Source of the DNA: Tubiluchus corallicola
Taxonomy: Eukaryota > Animalia > Priapulida
Direction: 5' to 3'
DNA length: 9,935 nucleotides
Assembly (NCBI GenBank): GCA_030141605.1
Contig: JAQGDQ010002522.1
Span: forward strand, 1 to 9,935
Every line of letters begins with the position of its first letter. Position 1 is the first letter of the stretch. The notes below the pieces were generated by a model. That model did not search any database and had not been told where the DNA came from. It saw only the letters and a list, made by a program, of their open reading frames with translations. Shown here in pieces: positions 1 through 6,653 of this stretch. A program made the position numbers and the translations under genes.

Positions 1-50
1 TTAACACCTCTTAAATACAAATTTTAACGTTATTATCCTTTACAAGCATA

Positions 51-58
51 CAAAAGTA
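51..58 (-). promoter_or_regulatory. Bacteroidota sigma-A -7 element on the minus strand (candidate divergent promoter pointing out of the window)
   Basis: CAAAAGTA at 51-58 reads TACTTTTG on the minus strand, matching TAnnTTTG. It is back-to-back with the + strand box at 61-68. No perfect -33 TTTG was seen. Confidence 0.5.
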
Positions 59-60
59 AT

Positions 61-68
61 TATATTTG
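61..68 (+). promoter_or_regulatory. Bacteroidota sigma-A -7 element, probable sppA promoter
   Basis: TATATTTG matches TAnnTTTG and ends 59 nt before the sppA ATG. Only a TTTA variant (39-42) is near the -33 position. Confidence 0.6.
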
Positions 69-127
69 CATTATAGAATTTAAACATTTTTTATATATAA
101 ATTGATTAAGTAAAAAAAGATTAACTT

Positions 128-1915
128 ATGAAACGTTTCTTGCAATTCTTCTTTGGTAGCTGCTTGGGAATACTAGTAGCAGGAATATTTTTGACAGTGG
201 GGATTTTTTGGGGAATAAGCAAAATTTTTTCAGAAGCCAACTTATCTCTTGAGAAGCCAATAGATGTAAAACCAAACACCATACTGTATCTGAACCTTGA
301 TAAACCTATCGTAGACAAAGCAGAAGATGATGGTCTATTTTTATCTTCACTGACTGGAATAAGGGGAAACTATGGCTTGAATGAAATTTTAAGTGGTTTG
401 AAGAAAGCAAAAACTGATGATGCAATAGTGGGTGTTTATCTTAGCCCCTCAACATTGGCTACTGGATGGGCTACAATTGAAGAAATAAGAAATGCTTTGT
501 CTGATTTTAAAGAGAGCGGAAAGTTTGTGATAGCTCATAGTAATTATTATGCACAAAAGGCTTATTATTTATCATCAGTAGCTGACAAGGTTTATCTTAC
601 TCCTTTGGGAAATATTGATTTTAGAGGACTTTCTTCTCAGGTTATGTTTTTCAAAGATATGTTTAAAAAAATAGGAGTTCAACCTCAGATAGTAAAAGTT
701 GGGAAATTTAAATCTGCAATAGAACCCTTGATAGCAACACAAATGAGTGAAGAAAACAAACTTCAGGTAGAAAAACTTACAGAAACAATGTGGGAACATA
801 TTTTAGTAGGCATTTCCAAGTCTAGAAATATTGCCATTGATAGACTAAATAACATAGCAGATGAGCTGATTGTGGGAAGAGATGATATGGCTGTATCATT
901 AGGATTCGTTGATTCTCTTAAGTATAAAGATGAGATAACAGAAGAATTGAAAACGTTTTGCGAGATAGCTGAAAACTCTGAATTGAACATGGTAGCTTTG
1001 CATAAATATGACAGAGTAAGGCAAGTGAAAAAAAACCAGCCAAAAGATAAAATTGCAGTAATATATGCTTCAGGAGCAATAGGTATAAACAATGAAAGCA
1101 CTATGGGCATTGAGGCTATCAAACTGTCTAAAATAATAAACAAAGTAAGAAAAGATACGGATGTGAAAGCTATTGTGCTTAGAATAAATTCTCCCGGAGG
1201 TAGCGCCTTAGGGTCAGAAATAATATGGCGTGAAGTGCACTTGGCAGCATCAGCTAACAAACCATTGATTGTTTCTATGGGAGATGTGGCTGCCTCAGGG
1301 GGCTATTATATGGCTTGCGCAGCCGACGCTATTGTGGCAAACCCATTGACAGTAACGGGCTCTATTGGAGTGTTTGGCGTGTTATTGAACGCAAAAGAAC
1401 TACTAAATAATAAAGCTGGTATTACGGTGGATGGCTATAATACAAATAAACACTCCGATTTCGACATTATTTCAGGTGGAGGTCCTTTTTATCGTTCTAT
1501 GAACACAGAAGAACGAAAAGTACTTCAACAAGAAGTAGAACATATTTATGAAGCTTTTATGACCCGCGTGTCGGAGGGCAGGAAACTAGAAAAAAGATAC
1601 GTAGATGCTATTGGAGAAGGTAGAGTTTGGAGTGGTGTAGATGCTAAGAAACTAGGCTTAGTAGATGCGTTCGGGGGACTATATGCTGCTATTCGTATGG
1701 CAGAAGAAAAATCAGGAATAAGTGATTACGTAATTGAAAACTACCCAAAATATGAGGGAATTTTAGGCTTTTTACTGAATGATATAGAGAATATAAAAAC
1801 TAAGCTATTGACAAATGAATTAAGTGAAGAACATAATATATATAAGACCATTAGAAAGATGAAAGATATAAAAGGGGTACAAGCTATAATGCCTTATGAA
1901 ATAGAGATTAACTAA
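128..1915 (+). CDS. sppA: Signal peptide peptidase SppA (protease IV), long 67K type with tandem S49 domains
   Basis: 595 aa with an N-terminal TM anchor. Motifs: YYLSSVADKVYL; VGKFKSA (general-base Lys region); LRINSPGGSA; SMGDVAASGGYY (nucleophile Ser); TGSIGVFG; GRVWSG...GLVD. Confidence 0.96.
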   Translation: MKRFLQFFFGSCLGILVAGIFLTVGIFWGISKIFSEANLSLEKPIDVKPNTILYLNLDKPIVDKAEDDGLFLSSLTGIRGNYGLNEILSGLKKAKTDDAIVGVYLSPSTLATGWATIEEIRNALSDFKESGKFVIAHSNYYAQKAYYLSSVADKVYLTPLGNIDFRGLSSQVMFFKDMFKKIGVQPQIVKVGKFKSAIEPLIATQMSEENKLQVEKLTETMWEHILVGISKSRNIAIDRLNNIADELIVGRDDMAVSLGFVDSLKYKDEITEELKTFCEIAENSELNMVALHKYDRVRQVKKNQPKDKIAVIYASGAIGINNESTMGIEAIKLSKIINKVRKDTDVKAIVLRINSPGGSALGSEIIWREVHLAASANKPLIVSMGDVAASGGYYMACAADAIVANPLTVTGSIGVFGVLLNAKELLNNKAGITVDGYNTNKHSDFDIISGGGPFYRSMNTEERKVLQQEVEHIYEAFMTRVSEGRKLEKRYVDAIGEGRVWSGVDAKKLGLVDAFGGLYAAIRMAEEKSGISDYVIENYPKYEGILGFLLNDIENIKTKLLTNELSEEHNIYKTIRKMKDIKGVQAIMPYEIEIN

Positions 1916-2232
1916 AATTGAAAAAATTTTAAATATTAGTTTCTTTCACTTTTAACCTTATTTTCTCATAGCTATAAATCATTCATTTACAGACCAAATA
2001 CTTATCCTTCTCATAAGGAAATGGCTGAAAAATGAAAATAATGTAGATGCTAAATTACTCAATGTAGTATAATCTATTGCAATTCATATAGTCCAAATAC
2101 GCACCCCCATAGATAATACCTCTTAGCCTTTGTTAGAAAAGGATGTAAAGCCCTACTTAGCAACAATTTTGTACTGCTATTATTTTTAATAAAATGTTTT
2201 CAACATCGTTAAAAACTTTACATAAGTTTTAT

Positions 2233-2240
2233 TAACTTTG
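2233..2240 (+). promoter_or_regulatory. Bacteroidota -7 element, probable promoter of the parA operon
   Basis: TAACTTTG matches TAnnTTTG and ends 34 nt before the parA ATG. No canonical -33 TTTG lies at the expected spacing. Confidence 0.6.
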
Positions 2241-2274
2241 TGGAATTAATATTTTTCATAACACATAAAAGATT

Positions 2275-3060
2275 ATGGCTAAAATAATTGCACTTGCTAA
2301 TCAAAAAGGAGGCGTAGGTAAAACTACTACCGCTATTAACTTAGCTGCAAGCTTAGTAACCTTGGAAAAGAAAGTTCTTCTTGTAGATATGGATCCACAA
2401 GCTAATGCCACCTCAGGAGTAGGCACGAAAGAAGAAGATGTTGCGAAAACCATCTACGAATGCATTATCAATAAGGCAAAGCCCAAAGAAGTAATCCTAA
2501 AAAATAATAGTGAAGGATTTGACCTTATCCCTTCTAATATAGACTTAGTAGGTGCAGAAATTGAAATGTTGGAAATGGAAGAGCGAGAATTAGCCCTTAA
2601 AAAAGTACTTAATCAAGTGAGGAGTGATTATGATTATATTATTATTGATTGCTCGCCTTCATTGGGATTGATAACTGTTAATGCCCTTGCCGCAGCTGAT
2701 TCTGTTATTATTCCTGTACAATGCGAATATTTTGCCTTGGAAGGAATAGGAAAACTACTCAACACAATAAAAATAATACAAAACAGACTCAACCCTGAAC
2801 TAAAAATAGAAGGATTCTTACTGACTATGTACGATTCAAGGTTAAGACTATCTAACCAAGTGGCAGAAGAACTCAACAACCACTTTCAAGAAATGGTTTT
2901 CAAAACCATTATACAACGCAACGTAAAACTTAGTGAATCACCTAGTTTTGGCAACTCTGCTATTGCTTACGACATTACTTCAAAAGGTGCTACCAATTAT
3001 CTAAATTTGGCACAAGAACTCTTGAAGAAGAATACAAATCACACAATTACAACTGAATAA
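2275..3060 (+). CDS. parA: Chromosome partitioning ATPase ParA/Soj
   Basis: 261 aa. Deviant Walker A NQKGGVGKTTT; A' LLVDMDPQANAT; Walker B YIIIDCSPSLG; PVQCEYFALEG; IQRNVKLSESPSFG. No N-terminal HTH, so chromosomal Soj type. Confidence 0.97.
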   Translation: MAKIIALANQKGGVGKTTTAINLAASLVTLEKKVLLVDMDPQANATSGVGTKEEDVAKTIYECIINKAKPKEVILKNNSEGFDLIPSNIDLVGAEIEMLEMEERELALKKVLNQVRSDYDYIIIDCSPSLGLITVNALAAADSVIIPVQCEYFALEGIGKLLNTIKIIQNRLNPELKIEGFLLTMYDSRLRLSNQVAEELNNHFQEMVFKTIIQRNVKLSESPSFGNSAIAYDITSKGATNYLNLAQELLKKNTNHTITTE

Positions 3061-3071
3061 ATAACAACAAT

Positions 3072-3956
3072 ATGGCACAAAGAAATGCTCTTGGTAGAGG
3101 TTTGGGGGCACTTATCAACGATGCAGAGACTATAACGAAAATAGAAAAAACAAACAACCCTACTGAAATTAACATTAGCGATATAGAGACTAACCCCAAT
3201 CAACCTCGTTCTACATTTGATGAAGAACGATTAGATGAATTATCTTCATCTATCAAAGAGTTGGGGATTATACAACCCATTACACTACGTAGAAAGCAAA
3301 ATTCAGATAAGTACCAGCTTATTTCTGGAGAAAGACGCTTGAGAGCCTCTATTATAGCTGGCCTTAAAAAAATACCCGCTTACATAAGAGAAGTCAATGA
3401 TACTGAGCTTCTGGAAATGGCTTTGGTTGAAAATATACAAAGGGAAAACCTCAACGCCATAGAAATTTCCCTCAGCTTCAATAGGTTGATAGAAGAATGT
3501 AAACTTACCCAACAAGAAATGAGCGAAAGAGTTGGTAAAAAACGCTCTACTATTACCAACTATATACGACTACTAAAACTTCCTCCTGTAATACAAAAGG
3601 GAATAAGAAATGATGAACTTTCAATGGGACATGCAAGAGCTCTTGTTAACCTACCTGATGAAAAAACACAAATAGAAGTTTATAAAAAGATAGTTAAAAA
3701 TAATCTCTCCGTAAGAGAAACAGAAAAGGTTGTTAATCAACTCAATAAGCCTTCTAAGCCTAAAGAAGCAGACAACAATAAAGATGAAGAATATTCCCAA
3801 ATCCAACAACAAATATCCGATCTCTTTGAAGCTGATATTAAGTTTAAAAGAAATGTACAAGGAAAGGGGAAAATAGAAATTCTATTTAGTTCTAATAGAG
3901 AGTTGGAAAGAATAATAAGTCTTCTTGATAAAATAAAACAACTAAATTCACAATAA
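3072..3956 (+). CDS. parB: Chromosome partitioning protein ParB/Spo0J (CTPase)
   Basis: 294 aa. ParA-interacting LGRGLGAL; NPNQPR; GIIQPI; arginine patch GERRLRA; ENIQRENL; HTH region LTQQEMSERVGKKRSTITNYIRLL; MGHARAL. Starts 11 nt after parA. Confidence 0.97.
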   Translation: MAQRNALGRGLGALINDAETITKIEKTNNPTEINISDIETNPNQPRSTFDEERLDELSSSIKELGIIQPITLRRKQNSDKYQLISGERRLRASIIAGLKKIPAYIREVNDTELLEMALVENIQRENLNAIEISLSFNRLIEECKLTQQEMSERVGKKRSTITNYIRLLKLPPVIQKGIRNDELSMGHARALVNLPDEKTQIEVYKKIVKNNLSVRETEKVVNQLNKPSKPKEADNNKDEEYSQIQQQISDLFEADIKFKRNVQGKGKIEILFSSNRELERIISLLDKIKQLNSQ

Positions 3957-3994
3957 ATACAATATATTCTTGTTTTTACAAAACAATATGAACT

Positions 3995-4636
3995 TTGGAA
4001 CAAAAGAAATTTAAAAAAATACTTACAACAGTATTAATCACTATCCAAGCCTCATATATTTGTAGCTATAACTGTAATGCACAAATTGAAAACAGTCCCA
4101 AAGTAACAAGTAGTGAAAAAATAGAATTAAATATAGATAATAGTATATCTCCTGCAAGAGCTGCATTATACTCAATGGTAATACCGGGACTAGGACAGAT
4201 ATACAATAAAAAATATTGGAAACTACCTCTTGTATGGGGAGGTTTTATAGGCTTAGGATATATGTACAATTTTACTAAAAATAATTATAACGAATATAAA
4301 ATTGCATACAAAGATATTATAGATAATGACCCTAATACTACTTCATATTTAGACCTAGCAAACTACACCCAAGAAGAATACAATAAACTAAGCGAATCAG
4401 AAAAAAACCGCATAACAGACCAAATTAGAAATGGGAAAGACTATTATAAAGAAAATAATGATTTAAGTTTAATATTACTATTTGTACTATATGGACTAAC
4501 TATAGTAGATGCCAGTGTAGACGCTCACTTGGCGAACTACAATATTAGCGATGACCTTAGCTTAAATATTGAGCCATATTACCATAATAATTACACACAA
4601 AGCACAGCAGGAATAAAATTAAGTTTTAGGTTTTAA
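3995..4636 (+). CDS. DUF5683-family exported/membrane protein
   Basis: 213 aa from a TTG start. Signal peptide with a probable A|Q cleavage (NCNA-Q). Motifs AALYSMVIPGLGQIYNKKYWKLPLVWGG and IVDASVDAHL. Position after parB is typical of Bacteroidota. Family assigned from recalled motifs, not from a search. Confidence 0.8.
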   Translation: MEQKKFKKILTTVLITIQASYICSYNCNAQIENSPKVTSSEKIELNIDNSISPARAALYSMVIPGLGQIYNKKYWKLPLVWGGFIGLGYMYNFTKNNYNEYKIAYKDIIDNDPNTTSYLDLANYTQEEYNKLSESEKNRITDQIRNGKDYYKENNDLSLILLFVLYGLTIVDASVDAHLANYNISDDLSLNIEPYYHNNYTQSTAGIKLSFRF

Positions 4637-4693
4637 TTTGACAAATACAAAAAAAATTATTTTATTTGTATAGAAACACTAACAAACAGGATA

Positions 4694-6280
4694 ATGATGA
4701 CAAAGACAACCTTAAAAATATTAATAATAGCTCTTGCAACAATACAGACAGTAAGTGCTAACAGTAATAAGGAAAACGAGGAGAGCTTAATTGAAAAGGA
4801 AATTGCCACAGATATAAAAGAGGATACAATAGATTTTAACATAGAGAATGAACTACTTATAGAATCATTCGAACAAATAGCAAAACTAAGATACGAACAA
4901 AATACTGTTAGTTTTAATAATTCTGAACCACAAACCTTCCAAGAAGATACCGACAATATAACTACTATTACATTTTCAGACTCTACTTATATACAAAGAC
5001 TGATAGAGCTCAACTCTCCTATAGAGATGACCTACAACAACATTGTTAAAAGATATATTTCACTATATACCTCTAAGATAAAGCCCAAATCAGAGATTAT
5101 ACTTGGCTTATGCGATTATTATATGCCTATCTTTGAAGAAGCCTTAGAAAAAGAAAATCTTCCATTAGAACTTAAATATCTCCCTATCATAGAATCAGCC
5201 CTTAATCCTAAAGCGGTATCACGAGTAGGAGCAACTGGTTTATGGCAGTTTATGTCTTATACTGGCAAGCAATATAAACTAGAAATTACCTCCTATATAG
5301 ACCAAAGAAGAAACCCCTTGCAATCTTCAGAAGCAGCAGCTAAATATCTCAAAGACTTATATTCTATATACAATGATTGGCTACTTGTAATAGCAGCCTA
5401 CAATTGCGGGCCAGGCAACGTAAATAAAGCCATAGCACGTACAGGAGGTAAAAGAAATTATTGGGATATTTACTACCGACTACCTAGAGAAACAAGAGGC
5501 TATGTTCCTGCATTCATCGCCGCTGCTTACCTCTACAACTATTATCCAGAGCATAACATCAAGCCCAAAAAAGTAGAAATGCCCTTCTTGATAGACACAA
5601 TACATATCAAAAAACCTTTGCATCTAGAACAAGTAGCAGATGTTTTGGATATTCCATTAGAAGAATTACAAGCACTTAACCCTCAATACAGAAGAAATAT
5701 AATACCAGCTACCAGCAAAACATATGAACTTATATTACCTTTCTCTCAAACCTACAAATTTGCTGAAAAAGAAGAGGAAATATACGCTCACAATCGCGAT
5801 GACTACTTTAAAAATGGCATCACTTATAGCCCTGCTAACCACACTTATTACCCTAAAGCACCAGCAGGCAAATCCAAAGTAGTATATACTGTTAAAAGCG
5901 GAGACAATGTAGGTTACATAGCAGAATGGTATAACGTCAGAGCATCCGACCTTCGCTATTGGAACAACATTAGCAGAAACCTTATCAGAGTAGGACAAAA
6001 ACTCACCATATACGTACCCAAAAATAAGGTGGAACACTACAAGAAAATAAACTCCATGGCTTTTGCACAAAAGCAAAAATTAATAGGAAAAACTGTTCCT
6101 ACAAACCCTGTTCCCAAACAAACAGGAAACGACATACAATACTATACTGTTAGAAACGGAGAAAACTTGTGGCTCATAGCTAGAAAATTTCCCGGAATAT
6201 CAGGAGAAGATATTATGAAAACAAACAACCTTAAAAACGCAAATATCTATCCTGGACAAAAACTGAAAATAGGCTATTAA
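4694..6280 (+). CDS. mltD: MltD-like lytic murein transglycosylase (SLT domain + LysM repeats)
   Basis: 528 aa with a signal peptide. SLT motifs: IIESALNPKAVS (catalytic Glu), GATGLWQFM, AAYNCGPGNV, LPRETRGYVP. Two clear LysM repeats (YTVKSGD...GQKLTI; YTVRNGENLWLIA...GQKLKI) and one degenerate (LEQVADVLDIPLEELQALNP). The start could be either of two adjacent ATGs. Confidence 0.92.
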   Translation: MMTKTTLKILIIALATIQTVSANSNKENEESLIEKEIATDIKEDTIDFNIENELLIESFEQIAKLRYEQNTVSFNNSEPQTFQEDTDNITTITFSDSTYIQRLIELNSPIEMTYNNIVKRYISLYTSKIKPKSEIILGLCDYYMPIFEEALEKENLPLELKYLPIIESALNPKAVSRVGATGLWQFMSYTGKQYKLEITSYIDQRRNPLQSSEAAAKYLKDLYSIYNDWLLVIAAYNCGPGNVNKAIARTGGKRNYWDIYYRLPRETRGYVPAFIAAAYLYNYYPEHNIKPKKVEMPFLIDTIHIKKPLHLEQVADVLDIPLEELQALNPQYRRNIIPATSKTYELILPFSQTYKFAEKEEEIYAHNRDDYFKNGITYSPANHTYYPKAPAGKSKVVYTVKSGDNVGYIAEWYNVRASDLRYWNNISRNLIRVGQKLTIYVPKNKVEHYKKINSMAFAQKQKLIGKTVPTNPVPKQTGNDIQYYTVRNGENLWLIARKFPGISGEDIMKTNNLKNANIYPGQKLKIGY

Positions 6281-6313
6281 TATCTCTTTTCTTCTCCTTT
6301 TACAAGATAGAAA

Positions 6314-6359
6314 ACTAAACAAATAGAGGTTGCAAAATTGCAACCTCTATTTGTTTAGT
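6314..6359. terminator. Perfect 22-bp inverted repeat, probable intrinsic (possibly bidirectional) terminator
   Basis: ACTAAACAAATAGAGGTTGCAA-AA-TTGCAACCTCTATTTGTTTAGT, starting 33 nt after the mltD stop. The GC-containing core stem is followed by T-rich ATTTGTTT on both strands. Confidence 0.8.
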
Positions 6360-6491
6360 AGCTATTCTCAATTTTCAACCCTTCTCTTTACATTAGAATT
6401 AAAATTATAAAAACAAAAAACGAGTTAAATATGTGTGCATTTCAAATACATTTCAACACCCAGAAAATAAATACTTTTCAACAACTTCCTT

Positions 6492-6512
6492 TGTGTCAAT
6501 TTATTTGACACA
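6492..6512. promoter_or_regulatory. Palindromic candidate operator TGTGTCAA-N5-TTGACACA
   Basis: Perfect 8-bp arms (6492-6499 and 6505-6512) with spacer TTTAT, about 90 nt upstream of the -7 boxes of the SGNH gene. Function is inferred. Confidence 0.4.
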
Positions 6513-6601
6513 GCAACATATGTAGAACATTTATACATCATTTATTTTATAAATTTAAACCAATGAAACTTAAAAGTTATCATCTTTAATTTTAAGAAAG
6601 G

Positions 6602-6619
6602 TATTTTTGTATAAATTTG
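6602..6619 (+). promoter_or_regulatory. Two tandem Bacteroidota -7 elements, probable promoter of the SGNH-MBOAT operon
   Basis: TATTTTTG (6602-6609) and TAAATTTG (6612-6619) both match TAnnTTTG. The second ends 34 nt before the ATG at 6654. Confidence 0.6.
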
Positions 6620-6653
6620 TAAGCGATTTTTTAGTAAAAGTATTACCCTTACG

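Noticed and set aside
22-49. Possible dif site (TTTTAACGTTA resembles the reverse-complement XerD arm ATTTAACATAA); similar weak hit near 1950-1960
   Set aside because: Three mismatches in the 11-bp arm and no credible XerC arm. A profile search with Bacteroidota dif sites would be needed.
121-1260. Minus-strand ORFs 121-318, 575-799 and 763-1260
   Set aside because: Antisense shadows of sppA with no recognisable motifs.
1916-2274. oriC or a structured ncRNA in the sppA-parA intergenic region
   Set aside because: Only one or two degenerate DnaA-like boxes, the skew direction is opposite to that expected at an origin, and only 5-bp stems (2005-2019, 2127-2142) are present.
1916-3956. Canonical parS (TGTTTCACGTGAAACA) near parAB
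   Set aside because: No convincing match seen by eye; the repeat at 2196-2216 has a different sequence and spacing.
2275-3956. Plasmid, prophage or ICE origin for parAB
   Set aside because: Soj/Spo0J-type sequences in a housekeeping context, with no rep, integrase, transposase or phage genes.
2634-4269. Minus-strand ORFs 2634-2879, 3303-3515, 3651-3860, 3737-4003 and 4066-4269
   Set aside because: Antisense to well-supported parA, parB and DUF5683 genes; their F/L/I/S-rich content mirrors the A-rich sense strand.
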